NCBI GenBank assembly: GCA_949372645.1
Contig: CASIAP010000013.1
Coordinates: forward strand, 3,766-67,765
Direction of reading: 5' to 3'
DNA from: Candidatus Poseidoniaceae archaeon
GTDB taxonomy: Archaea > Thermoplasmatota > Poseidoniia > Poseidoniales > Poseidoniaceae
DNA: 64,000 nt
Part shown: positions 45,153 to 54,717 of the stretch, one piece after another
Layout of the letters: the number at the start of each line of letters is the position of its first letter
Position numbering within the stretch: position 1 is the first letter of the stretch
The notes under the pieces: generated by a model
Seen by the model: the letters and a program-made list of their open reading frames with translations, nothing else
What the model was told of the DNA's origin: nothing
Database searches by the model: none
Program-made: the position numbers and the translations under genes

Positions 45153-47057
45153 TCACATGAGACGAATCGTCTCAAGATTTTGGGGTGCATAGGTTCGGCA
45201 CTTGTAGCGTTCACGCAATGTCTTTCCAAGTTCGTTACATTTGTGGTAATCACCGTGATGGCAGATGATGTTTCGAGGTGTTGGGCTGATTTGGTCGACG
45301 AATTCCAGCAACTGACGACGATCGGAATGGCCCGAAAATCCATCAATCGTAACCATTTCACAACCAATCTTGACAATCTCGGTCTTTCCGTTGATAATCA
45401 TTGGAACTTCTCCGAATCCTTTCTGTAGACGACGGCCAAGTGTACCTTCAGCTTGGTATCCGACGAAGCAAAGTGAGTTACGGTCTTCATGTGCCCAATT
45501 CTTAAAATATTCCATAACTGGCCCACCGTTAAGCATTCCAGAGGTCGCCAACACAATACATGGAGAATTATCCATAATGATGCTTTCACGCAGTTCTCGT
45601 CCCTTCACAGGTCGGAACCATTCACTGGTGAATGGGTTCTCTCCATCATCCTTGAGCAGAGACTTTCGCAAACTGCTGGTCAAATAATCAGGGTGAGATG
45701 CGTGGATGGCTGTGGCTTCTTGAATCATGCCGTCTAACCAGACAGGGACGGGTTTTACAGTTCCTGAACGGAATAATTCATCAATTGCAATCATCACTTC
45801 TTGGCTTCGACCAACAGCAAATACTGGACAGATGACTTTACCACCACGCGCCATGGTTCGAGAGATAATGTCGTGCAACTCTTGGGTTGCTTCTTGACGG
45901 GATGGTTGGTAGTCGCCTGAAGCGCCGTATGTCGATTCAATAACGAGGGTTTCTACACGAGGGAAACGAGTGTTTGCTGCATCAAAGAGCCAAGACTTCT
46001 CGTACTTTTGGTCTCCACTAAAGACAATGTTGTGCTTACCTTCACCGATGTGAAGGTGGACGGCAGAAGAGCCGAGAATATGCCCTGCATTGGAAAATGT
46101 GAGCTTAATATCAGGCGTGATATCTGTTGTTTCATCCCAATCTACATCGACGACGTGCTTCATACAGGTGCGGATATCTTCCATACTGTAAGGGGCTCGC
46201 TTTCCTTCAGAACCACCGACTTTCAGGTAATCAGTTTGCAATAACAGCATCAAATCACGAGTTGGAGGCGTACAATAAACAGGTCCACGGTAGCCATACT
46301 TGAACAAAACTGGAAGCATTCCTGCGTGGTCTAAATGTGCGTGGGTCAAGACAACAGCATCGAGTTTTTCCATAGGAAGCGCCTCAGGTGCAGTGAAATA
46401 CGGCATTGGGTCTGTATCGGATGCGATGTTCACACCAACGTCGATCATAACTCTGGATTCATTGGTCGTAACGAAGTGGCAAGCACGGCCAACTTCACGG
46501 TAGGAACCGAGTGCAGTCACTCGTGCCCATGAAGCACCTGGGCGTACAGGTCGATGCATGTTAAGTCCGAAATCCTTGAGTAATTTTCTACGCTCTTCAG
46601 CGTGAGCATGTCGGTAACCCCGAATGTCGTGAACGGTTTTTGAAACCAAAGGAGGAGTTCGCTCAACTGAAATAAGCCAGCCGGATTTGTCACGAATTTC
46701 TTGCAAATTAATGCCACGACGACCAACTGCTTCACCAGGATTCTCACATTGTACGGTGATTTCTCGGTAACAGGCATCGAAGTAGATTTGATTAATTGCT
46801 GCGGATTCAGGAATAATGTCTTTGACCAAAAGGGTTGCTTCTTCTTCAGACTTCATGATAGAAACATCTGGACGAAGCACAATCTTACGCTTGACTTTGT
46901 GAGAGATCTTTGCCAGCAGTCCATCTGCAGCAAGGATTCGGTTTGGTTCAGGAGTCACTAAAGCAATATTACCTGCTTCCAATTCTACTGTGTAAGGTAT
47001 GTCCTTAGGGACGATCTTTTGCACTTCATCTTTCAATTCTTTAAACGTTAGACGCAT
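45153..47057 (-). CDS. fttA: Archaeal CPSF1 / FttA beta-CASP ribonuclease (two KH domains plus metallo-beta-lactamase)
   Basis: 634 aa. N-terminal KH-like region (GRRGINLQEIRDKSGW), VLTHAHLDHAGMLP (HxHxDH), beta-CASP region, and C-terminal ...ICHHGDYHK. Confidence 0.9.
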   Translation of the reverse strand: MRLTFKELKDEVQKIVPKDIPYTVELEAGNIALVTPEPNRILAADGLLAKISHKVKRKIVLRPDVSIMKSEEEATLLVKDIIPESAAINQIYFDACYREITVQCENPGEAVGRRGINLQEIRDKSGWLISVERTPPLVSKTVHDIRGYRHAHAEERRKLLKDFGLNMHRPVRPGASWARVTALGSYREVGRACHFVTTNESRVMIDVGVNIASDTDPMPYFTAPEALPMEKLDAVVLTHAHLDHAGMLPVLFKYGYRGPVYCTPPTRDLMLLLQTDYLKVGGSEGKRAPYSMEDIRTCMKHVVDVDWDETTDITPDIKLTFSNAGHILGSSAVHLHIGEGKHNIVFSGDQKYEKSWLFDAANTRFPRVETLVIESTYGASGDYQPSRQEATQELHDIISRTMARGGKVICPVFAVGRSQEVMIAIDELFRSGTVKPVPVWLDGMIQEATAIHASHPDYLTSSLRKSLLKDDGENPFTSEWFRPVKGRELRESIIMDNSPCIVLATSGMLNGGPVMEYFKNWAHEDRNSLCFVGYQAEGTLGRRLQKGFGEVPMIINGKTEIVKIGCEMVTIDGFSGHSDRRQLLEFVDQISPTPRNIICHHGDYHKCNELGKTLRERYKCRTYAPQNLETIRLM

Positions 47058-47136
47058 AATTATTCACCATATACCGCGCTCGCACAATGATTGTGCACAA
47101 ACTCCCCCGAAGGTGAGTGCAGTGTTGAGCTGCGGG

Positions 47137-47143
47137 AAAAAAA
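47137..47143 (-). terminator. Oligo-T tract downstream of psmB
   Basis: On the minus strand, T7 begins 4 nt after the psmB stop codon. Oligo-T is the archaeal intrinsic termination signal. Confidence 0.35.
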
Positions 47144-47146
47144 TAC

Positions 47147-47776
47147 TCAAACGAGAAGTTTAGCAATTTCTGCTTGAGTAAGGGAAACAAAGCCGTCTTT
47201 CGCAGTGATTACTGACAAATCCATGCCGTTTCCGGAGGCTGCATCACGCTGCCCCGATGCATAAAGGGCACGGGCCGCGAGTTTCAATGCATCGGTCCGA
47301 GACATTCCTTCACTAAAACCGTCTTCGAGCACACCATACATGTATGGAGAGCCTGACCCAGTGGCACAGTATACGTCTGGAATTGAACCACCAGCCGAAT
47401 CAATCGAATACACATGTCCGCCTTCATCATCAACACCTACAATCAGTAATTGAACCCAATGAGGTCGGCCGGAGAGAATGTTTGCAGTCAATGTTGCTGC
47501 GCCACGAACGGTCATTGGTTGTTGACGGCGAAGTTGGAACAGGGCGACTTCAGCAGAAAGTGTTCGAGAAAGTGATTGTGCGTGTCCAACTAATCCAGCA
47601 GTTGTTAGGGCGAGGTTGTCGCCAATTTTGAAGAGTTTCTGGACGTTTTTGTTGGCAATAAAGTGGCCCATTGTAGCACGATGGTCCGCTCCAACTACGA
47701 CTCCTCCATCAAAGGTGATTCCAATTGTGCTGGTTCCGGTTTTCAATACATTCTGCTGCGCATCCATTGTCATCAA
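47147..47776 (-). CDS. psmB: Proteasome subunit beta
   Basis: The pro-peptide ends ...LKTG before TSTIGITFDGGVVVGADHRATMG. GSGS is present. Length and pattern are typical of archaeal PsmB. Confidence 0.92.
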   Translation of the reverse strand: MMTMDAQQNVLKTGTSTIGITFDGGVVVGADHRATMGHFIANKNVQKLFKIGDNLALTTAGLVGHAQSLSRTLSAEVALFQLRRQQPMTVRGAATLTANILSGRPHWVQLLIVGVDDEGGHVYSIDSAGGSIPDVYCATGSGSPYMYGVLEDGFSEGMSRTDALKLAARALYASGQRDAASGNGMDLSVITAKDGFVSLTQAEIAKLLV

Positions 47777-47944
47777 TCCATTGTTTTAGTCGACACCTCT
47801 TGAACCTTGAGGCGCAATTTCTCGGTACCTACGGACCCTTATCAACCCGACGAATGCACGGCCAGAGTGAACCGGTTGAGAAAAGACACCGTCGAAAGAA
47901 CTTCGACGGGAGTGTTCTTGAGGTGCCCGGCATCAGGCACTGGT

Positions 47945-48580
47945 ATGCGCAGAGGTAAGAAAGGAAAACGAGACGAAGCTCAGTCTTCGCTTGATGCCTT
48001 TACCGATGTCCAACCAGAATCTAAAGAACTTCCTGCTCCGGAGCCTGTCGTTCCATCGATGCCTGATCTCGATGCTTTAGCACGTGCGGATGAGAAAATC
48101 CGAGAGGCTGAAGAAGACATCATTTCTGCTCAAGAAGCAAAGGAAGAAGTGAAACCTCTTCGAACGTTTAACATGCCAAGTATGGGAATGGTCCAGTCAC
48201 AACCGACTCCTGCTGCAGAAGTCATCTACCACGACCTCGGCGAGTTGTATCCAAATCCCCCAATTCTTGATTCAGGAAATGGAATGGTCTTGCACCGTGC
48301 TGTGCTGAACGACATCACTGGGTGCGGTCAGTTGATGGACTGGGTTGCTGACGACCATGCTGTTATTGTTGATATGAATCGATTGATGAAAAAAACCGTC
48401 GAATTTAATGCAGTTCTCGCACATTTGAACACCTTTATTGACGCTGATTTAGGAGGGCAAATTATCCAGATGACTGAAACTCGCTTGATGTTACTCCCAC
48501 CCGGCTGCCGAGGAGTGCGTGGCGTAGAAATGGAAGCCTTTGCGGTTGATGCTCACGAACTTGGAAGGCGGCGAATATGA
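47945..48580 (+). CDS. sepF: SepF-like cell-division protein (DUF552 C-terminal domain) with a disordered N-terminus
   Basis: From ATG 47945. The C-terminal VLHRAVLNDITGCGQLMDWVADDHAVIVDMNRL...LGGQIIQMTETRLMLLPPG matches the SepF fold pattern. The track ORF opens at TTG 47807. Confidence 0.55.
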   Translation: MRRGKKGKRDEAQSSLDAFTDVQPESKELPAPEPVVPSMPDLDALARADEKIREAEEDIISAQEAKEEVKPLRTFNMPSMGMVQSQPTPAAEVIYHDLGELYPNPPILDSGNGMVLHRAVLNDITGCGQLMDWVADDHAVIVDMNRLMKKTVEFNAVLAHLNTFIDADLGGQIIQMTETRLMLLPPGCRGVRGVEMEAFAVDAHELGRRRI

Positions 48581-49206
48581 TGGATGAGCAACCGATTGAC
48601 ATCCCTTGCCCAATTTGCGCTGTCGAAGGACAGTTAGGAATGGTTGCCAATGTCGATGAGATCCCCTATTTCGGAGAACATACTCAGGTGACTGTATTGT
48701 GCCACGCCTGCGGCTGGCGACAAACTGACTTCATTCCCGCAGAGGGGAAGAAAGCGGGTGCATGGTCGTTGATTCTGGACGACACGAAGAAACTACGTTC
48801 ACGTGTTGTTCGCTCATCATCATGTACGGTTAAAATCCCTGAGTTAGACCTTGAAGTCATGCCTGGAACCAATTCTACTGGCTATGTGAGTAACATCGAA
48901 GGAGTGTTAAATCGCTTTGCCGATATCATCCAGATGGTCCGAAGAGATGTTGAAAGGGATATTACTGTTGAATCTAAAGAGCTTCAGAAGGAGAGTCAGA
49001 AATCTCTGTCAATCTTGGACTCGTTACTCCAATCCATTGAACAAGCCGGTGAAGAAAGTGTATTCACTGTCGAATTCTTGGATCCGCATGGTCATTCAAT
49101 GATTCTTGATGAAGATGCATCTCAACGTGAATTGACATCGGAAGAACTTGAAGAACTACCAATTGGACCTGACCCTGCGGTCTTTTCACCCGATGATGCC
49201 AAGTGA
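48577..49206 (+). CDS. ZPR1-type C4 zinc-finger protein
   Basis: CPICAVEGQLGMVANVDEIPYFGEHTQVTVLCHACGW is followed by the beta-rich A-domain. ATGA overlap with the SepF-like gene. Confidence 0.8.
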   Translation: MMDEQPIDIPCPICAVEGQLGMVANVDEIPYFGEHTQVTVLCHACGWRQTDFIPAEGKKAGAWSLILDDTKKLRSRVVRSSSCTVKIPELDLEVMPGTNSTGYVSNIEGVLNRFADIIQMVRRDVERDITVESKELQKESQKSLSILDSLLQSIEQAGEESVFTVEFLDPHGHSMILDEDASQRELTSEELEELPIGPDPAVFSPDDAK

Positions 49207-50592
49207 TTACTGTGCATCTGATGCTAAGAAATCCTTGACAAGGTGAGCGGTTTGGTCTCGCATTTCGTGCAAGTCGCCCAACCAAATCGACGCTCGGTCA
49301 ATGCATAATTGTTTCATTTCACCTGCTAAGATCTTACCTGCACGGTAATCAGCATTAATTTCTGCCAAATAAGAGTCATCATCTTCAAAGAAATACATCA
49401 TGTAACGGTATGCAACATCAATATCGGGGTTTCCTCCGATACGACGGTGTTCTTCAACAGTAGTTTGACCACCAGAAAAGGCTCGTTTAATTTTCTTTTC
49501 AACCGTTGGCAAGTCATCTCTGAGGAAGATGGTCGTTTTCGGCTTACTGCTACTCATTTTATCACCAGTCAGACCAACTGCAAAATGATGGTAAGTCGAA
49601 GAAGGGGCAAGTAAACCCATTCCACCAAGTGAACGCTCATATTCGAGTAATTTGATTTGAATCCTCGATTTATCCTTTGCAGTTGCACTTGGGACAGTAA
49701 TGGTTCCTTGCTTCGGATTCGACAGAATATCTGAGAAACCAAGGTGCTCAAGTGAGGAGACCATGCCTGCAAAGACTGCATTCAATCGGTCTTTGTCCAA
49801 ACGACCATTCGGCATTTGGCCCAAGACTTCAGCATTATCCTCTTGAACTGAAAGGCCAATGACGACACCGGAAGATTTCCCATCATTGACATTAAACCAG
49901 TTGGTTTTAGCAGCAAGTCCACGTGTTAAACGAAGATGCGGGTCTTGGTCAACACCGACAGGAACCACAATTGGTCGAAGGCCACCATATTCTTCAGTTT
50001 GCGGATGTAAGATATCACCTACTTGCACCATTGGAGCCTGAACGTGGGCAAGGTTTGTCGCACCATTGAAACCATAGATCGATTCGAATTCATTCAAATT
50101 TGTTCGCTTTCCAAGTTGGAATCCTAATCGCTGAACAATTGGACGGGATGATTGAAAATACACATTTGTCTTTTCAGGGTCAATTCCAAGAGCGGCATAA
50201 TGAGATATATATTCTTCTAAAGCAATCTTTCGCCCCTTCTCTAAAGAGACACCACGTGTTGCTTGGCTCTCTAAATCTGCAACGGCAATCGTAACATCAC
50301 CGCCGAGTTCTTGAAACCATTTGACCTGGTCAATAACCATCGAATGCCCCATATGCATTTGACCGCTTGGCATAAGCCCAGTGAGTACTCCAAAAGAATC
50401 GCCCTGTTTTTGTGCATCGAGAACCCGTTCCAAATCACGATGAGCAAAAACGATACCACGCCGATGAAGGCGAGATGGTGAAGGAAGAGTCATGTTGTCC
50501 ATTGATGAGAGACCGAACTGGTCTATTATGCGAGAATAATCTGTGGATTGAGCACTTCCCCAAGGGTCTATGACAACATCTTCGCCATCCAT
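49207..50592 (-). CDS. trpS: Tryptophanyl-tRNA synthetase (archaeal/eukaryotic type) with an internal insertion
   Basis: DPWGS...DYSRIIDQFG, the HIGH-type motif MHMGH, GVDQDPHLRLTR, KMSSS, and a C-terminal ...AFSGGQTTVEEHRRIGGNPDIDVAYRYMMYFFEDDD closely resembling eukaryotic/archaeal TrpRS. ATG at 50592; the track opens at TTG 50607. Confidence 0.85.
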   Translation of the reverse strand: MDGEDVVIDPWGSAQSTDYSRIIDQFGLSSMDNMTLPSPSRLHRRGIVFAHRDLERVLDAQKQGDSFGVLTGLMPSGQMHMGHSMVIDQVKWFQELGGDVTIAVADLESQATRGVSLEKGRKIALEEYISHYAALGIDPEKTNVYFQSSRPIVQRLGFQLGKRTNLNEFESIYGFNGATNLAHVQAPMVQVGDILHPQTEEYGGLRPIVVPVGVDQDPHLRLTRGLAAKTNWFNVNDGKSSGVVIGLSVQEDNAEVLGQMPNGRLDKDRLNAVFAGMVSSLEHLGFSDILSNPKQGTITVPSATAKDKSRIQIKLLEYERSLGGMGLLAPSSTYHHFAVGLTGDKMSSSKPKTTIFLRDDLPTVEKKIKRAFSGGQTTVEEHRRIGGNPDIDVAYRYMMYFFEDDDSYLAEINADYRAGKILAGEMKQLCIDRASIWLGDLHEMRDQTAHLVKDFLASDAQ

Positions 50593-50660
50593 ATGGGTAT
50601 CCACCAATCGGTCGGTGACAACCTTATGGCATCAAGTCTTCGCCCTTATTCGGTTTCAGA

Positions 50661-51929
50661 CTACGATTCAGAAGATTCTTCTTCAAGCCCAGTAGGTGGT
50701 CGTCGGTTTTTTTCAGCAAACGGACCAAGTCCTTCCTTCTTCAAAATAAACATCATTCCAACGATGGTCGAAACACCAACGGTCAGTGCCACAAAAGGTA
50801 ACCATGAGGATTCTCCTAAACCATCACGTGGCTGGACTAACCAAGTAAACACAAGTTGAGAATCATCTGTAAATCGTTTCGACCACTTGAATAAATCAGT
50901 CGTATCATGGGCGGCAATGGTAACTGCTGCTGAGTAATTATTCCAAAATTGTGAACGGCCAACAACGTCATAATCCACAGTTCCATTCACTACAATGGAG
51001 ACATTATGACCACGTATGACAGAGAGATGAAGTGATTCATTTATGGATTGAGTATAGCCTTCAGCAGTCTTCCGAACACCCTCTAAATTCGAGAGTGGGG
51101 CATTTGAATCTCGTACCTCAGCCACTTGCTTTCCTTGAACATCGAGAATCCACGTCATAGGAACATTCCATGCAAGCGGCGAGACCGCTGTGCATTGTTC
51201 GGTCACCAGCGATTCAAATTCAATGATCGTTTGATTATCGATGAAACGACTTGAATGAGAAGTTTCATGACAATCATGAACCGTCCAATACGACCACGCT
51301 TCACCCCATGTGGTCATCCAGGCTTGTGCTTCATCGTTGAGGTAGGCAGCAATATCTGCATCATGACGAATCGTGGCATCATTGACTCTTCCAACCCAAT
51401 ACAAGTTGACGAGGCCTCCTTCTTCGACCGCCGTTTGGACCTGCTCTTTGGAACCAATTAATTGTTCAAGACTTCCACCACGACGTCCAATATTGTACCA
51501 ATCCCAGTCATCTTCCGGAGCATCGGTTGCATTATGCCAAGCAGAGTAAGGCAATTCATTCTCATCACCATGAACTGCAAACCCTTGTGAAGCAATCGCA
51601 TTGTGTTGATTCATCGTGAGGCCAGGTGGCGTAAAAGTCGAAATAGGGTTAACTCCCCATTGATTAGCAACGACTCGTTCAGAAATATAGTTATGGCACT
51701 CAAGGGCAACAGCCCCTGGGTCAGCTGCCCAATTGATATTCGGCATCCCATAACATCCAAATTCATCACCAGAATCAAGCCGCTCTTGTGCTAAAGCGGT
51801 CCGCAACCATCCATCTTCCTTCCAAGTTATTTCAGCGACTGCAACAGGACTGAAGGTTGAGGAGAGTAAACAAAGAAGTATCGAAACGGTCAGGCTTTGG
51901 GCGAAACGGATGTTCCGTTGTGGAGCCAT
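50661..51929 (-). CDS. Secreted, C-terminally anchored hypothetical protein
   Basis: Signal MAPQRNIRFAQSLTVSILLCLLSSTFSPVAVA. The Trp-rich ectodomain has no family I can name. The TM helix is WLPFVALTVGVSTIVGMMFIL, followed by an acidic tail. Confidence 0.6.
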   Translation of the reverse strand: MAPQRNIRFAQSLTVSILLCLLSSTFSPVAVAEITWKEDGWLRTALAQERLDSGDEFGCYGMPNINWAADPGAVALECHNYISERVVANQWGVNPISTFTPPGLTMNQHNAIASQGFAVHGDENELPYSAWHNATDAPEDDWDWYNIGRRGGSLEQLIGSKEQVQTAVEEGGLVNLYWVGRVNDATIRHDADIAAYLNDEAQAWMTTWGEAWSYWTVHDCHETSHSSRFIDNQTIIEFESLVTEQCTAVSPLAWNVPMTWILDVQGKQVAEVRDSNAPLSNLEGVRKTAEGYTQSINESLHLSVIRGHNVSIVVNGTVDYDVVGRSQFWNNYSAAVTIAAHDTTDLFKWSKRFTDDSQLVFTWLVQPRDGLGESSWLPFVALTVGVSTIVGMMFILKKEGLGPFAEKNRRPPTGLEEESSES

Positions 51930-52062
51930 GGCAATGCGTGTAGTGCAAGTTCTTTGATACTTTGCACACATTAATTTGGTAAAAGAAAGAGAGTCGATAA
52001 TTCACCCTTTACAATGAAATATCGTGGGAACAATCAAAACCGTGTTTGTATTCCACTTTTCT

Positions 52063-52848
52063 ATGACAGAGGAAGATTCAATTGTTGAAGCATGGCAATC
52101 CCTCGAAGAGCATTGGCTTATTCCTACAACTGGTGAACCGCTACCACGGACCCCAAGTTATGGTGTTCTCCGTATGGTTGTCTCACCCCTTTTACGACCA
52201 ATGTTGAATGCGAAAATGAACGGTTTACACCACATACCACGAAAGGGCTCTGTAATCCTTGCTGCGAACCACTTATCACATATCGACCCCATTTTCGTGA
52301 TTGCTTCAGCACGACGCACCACACATTATCTGGCCAAGGATGGTCATTTCAAAAATGCAATCCTACGGTTTGCAATGCGTGCAACCGGTCAAATTGAGAC
52401 GAAACGTGACCAAGGGGGCGAAGGTGCACTTTCCAGTGCTGCTGATGTATTGGCCTCTGGTCAAGCACTTGGAATCTTTCCGGAAGGAACACGTTCCAAG
52501 CGTACAGAGCCTCCTTACCTACTCCATGGGAAAACTGGAATCGCTCGTCTTGCCGCCTCATATCCTGAAACTGTGGTCGTACCCATAGCTCTGAAAGGGA
52601 CTCGTCAGGTGATGAAACCTCAAGATCACAAAGCACCTCGCTTTTGGCGACCTATGGCACTTTCTGCTGGCCAAGGTGTGACGTGGATGGAATGGCTTTC
52701 CGACCCGAATGGTGGCGATACTGATGCACAACAGTTGGTTGATCTCTCAACCAAAGAAGAACACGAAATAAGAGCTTTACTCGCATCACTCTATAGAAAA
52801 TTTACTGACCAGATAATGGGGAGTATTTCTGCACTTGGAGCTCCATAA
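52063..52848 (+). CDS. plsC: 1-acyl-sn-glycerol-3-phosphate acyltransferase family (PlsC-like)
   Basis: Acyltransferase motif I AANHLSHIDP (HxxxxD), motif III FPEGTRS, and IALKG. ATG at 52063; the track opens at GTG 52024. Confidence 0.8.
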   Translation: MTEEDSIVEAWQSLEEHWLIPTTGEPLPRTPSYGVLRMVVSPLLRPMLNAKMNGLHHIPRKGSVILAANHLSHIDPIFVIASARRTTHYLAKDGHFKNAILRFAMRATGQIETKRDQGGEGALSSAADVLASGQALGIFPEGTRSKRTEPPYLLHGKTGIARLAASYPETVVVPIALKGTRQVMKPQDHKAPRFWRPMALSAGQGVTWMEWLSDPNGGDTDAQQLVDLSTKEEHEIRALLASLYRKFTDQIMGSISALGAP

Positions 52849-52996
52849 CCAGATAAACTCTGAACATTGCTCAACAAAAGTCCATTGGAATATCACTAAA
52901 GCTCATCCAATGAATCAAGTCTTTCTCCTTCGTATCGGATAGATTCGCTCAAGAATGCTCAAGTGCTGTCGGTTGCGACAAGCATTTGGTGAGTCT

Positions 52997-53791
52997 ATGA
53001 AAGTCTATCACGAACTCATTCAACGTATTCTCGATGAAGGTGAAGAGAAGGGTGACCGCACCGGCACTGGAACACTCTCGGTCTTTGGCCACCAAATGCG
53101 ATTTGACCTCTCTGAAGGCTTTCCAATGGTGACCACAAAAAAATTGCATTTGCGCTCCATTGTCCACGAACTTCTCTGGTTCCTCAAAGGAGATACCAAC
53201 ATCCAATATCTACAAGAAAATGGGGTTCGCATCTGGAATGAATGGGCTGATGAAAATGGCGACCTAGGGCCCGTGTATGGGAAGCAATGGCGCAGATGGG
53301 AAGCAAAAGATGGCCGTATCATCGACCAAGTCGAACAGGCCATTGAAATGATTCGAACCAATCCAAACAGCCGACGTATCATCGTCTCAGCTTGGAACGT
53401 TGGTGAACTTGATGAGATGGCTTTGATGCCTTGCCACGCTTTCTTCCAGTTCCATGTGGCCAATGGAAAGCTCAATTGTCAATTGTACCAACGAAGTGCA
53501 GATGTCTTCCTCGGCGTTCCATTCAACATCGCATCCTATGCTCTTCTGACCCACATGATGGCACAAATATGTGGCCTCAAGGCGGGAACATTCGTACACA
53601 CACTTGGCGATGCGCATCTGTATACCAACCACCTTGACCAATCTAAGTTACAAATTTCACGTGAACCAATGCATCTACCGCAACTCAAACTCAATTCTGA
53701 ATGCACAACCATTGACTCGTTTACATTTGAGGACATCGAAGTGGTCGGATACGAGCACCATCCGCATATTTCTGCACCAATTGCAATATGA
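52997..53791 (+). CDS. thyA: Thymidylate synthase ThyA
   Basis: [38 protein letters not shown], active-site [10 protein letters not shown], and DAHLYTNH. The protein is highly canonical. Confidence 0.95.
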   Translation: MKVYHELIQRILDEGEEKGDRTGTGTLSVFGHQMRFDLSEGFPMVTTKKLHLRSIVHELLWFLKGDTNIQYLQENGVRIWNEWADENGDLGPVYGKQWRRWEAKDGRIIDQVEQAIEMIRTNPNSRRIIVSAWNVGELDEMALMPCHAFFQFHVANGKLNCQLYQRSADVFLGVPFNIASYALLTHMMAQICGLKAGTFVHTLGDAHLYTNHLDQSKLQISREPMHLPQLKLNSECTTIDSFTFEDIEVVGYEHHPHISAPIAI

Positions 53792-53800
53792 AGTGATACC

Positions 53801-54268
53801 ATGTTCACCATGATCTTTGCATGCGATTTGAACGGAGCCATCGGTAAAGATGGTGATTTACCGTGGCGTCAATCCTCTGACCTGCAACATTTCAAGCGCA
53901 TCACCATGTCAAAAACCATCGTCATGGGAAGAAAAACCTGGGACAGCCTACCTGGGAAATTACCTGGACGAAGGAACATCGTCCTCTCAAGAACACCTCG
54001 TGAGGATGTTGAAGTGCTTTCATTTGAAGAAGTTCTCGAACTCGGAGATTCAGAAGAAGTCCTCATCATTGGAGGTGGAGAGATTTACCAATTGTTCTTC
54101 GAACATGCCAAAGAGATTCACAAGACCATTATCGCAACAGAAGTCGAAGATGCTGATGCATTTGCTCCATCGATGGAAGGTGAAGGATTCCATATGATTG
54201 GTGAACGGTTTGTTGATGCGGGACCACGAGATGAGCATTCAATGATTTTCCAACACTGGATTCGATGA
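53801..54268 (+). CDS. folA: Dihydrofolate reductase
   Basis: MIFACDLNGAIGKDGDLPW...VMGRKTWDSLP...LIIGGGEIY is the classic FolA pattern. Confidence 0.9.
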   Translation: MFTMIFACDLNGAIGKDGDLPWRQSSDLQHFKRITMSKTIVMGRKTWDSLPGKLPGRRNIVLSRTPREDVEVLSFEEVLELGDSEEVLIIGGGEIYQLFFEHAKEIHKTIIATEVEDADAFAPSMEGEGFHMIGERFVDAGPRDEHSMIFQHWIR

Positions 54269-54640
54269 TCATTCATCTGGATTGTATTCAGTCACTCGCA
54301 ATCCCAAACGCCCTTGTCGTGATGGGCGTTGCATAATCGTAGCATACTTTGCTTCAAAAGCAGCTTTCAAATCAATTTCCATTGCTAAGGAGTGGCCCAT
54401 CAGCAACAGAAGAATATCGGCCATTTCTTCAGCACAATCAGCAAGAGGCTTCCCTTTGGTTACCGCTGCTGCAAACTCGCCTAATTCTTCGACAGTAAGG
54501 GCAATACGGTAGCCCATGTCATGTCCGTTATTTTCTTCGAACTTATGTTTGTCATGAAAGACTGCAATTTTCTTCATCATGGTTTCCCATTCATTCTGTG
54601 CCTCATGGGCCATCCATTGGTCAACCGACATTCCTTCCAT
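54269..54640 (-). CDS. MazG-like nucleoside triphosphate pyrophosphohydrolase
   Basis: 123 aa. Has the EExxE/D helix pair LTVEELGEFAAAV ... CAEEMADILLLLM. Confidence 0.8.
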   Translation of the reverse strand: MEGMSVDQWMAHEAQNEWETMMKKIAVFHDKHKFEENNGHDMGYRIALTVEELGEFAAAVTKGKPLADCAEEMADILLLLMGHSLAMEIDLKAAFEAKYATIMQRPSRQGRLGLRVTEYNPDE

Positions 54641-54717
54641 GCACTGAGATTAAGGAGACCGGACATTAGACCTTCCGTAGACTCGGAGAAGTCCGATTGA
54701 ATGAGGAGTTTATTCCT

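Noticed and set aside
47807-47944. TTG-initiated N-terminal extension of the SepF-like ORF
   Set aside because: The extension has no coding-like features and contains a hairpin. ATG 47945 gives a plausible basic N-terminus (MRRGKKGKR).
49618-49902. Possibility that the TrpRS insertion is an intein
   Set aside because: It is too short. It lacks an N-terminal Cys/Ser junction, a C-terminal His-Asn plus Cys/Ser/Thr junction, and homing-endonuclease motifs.
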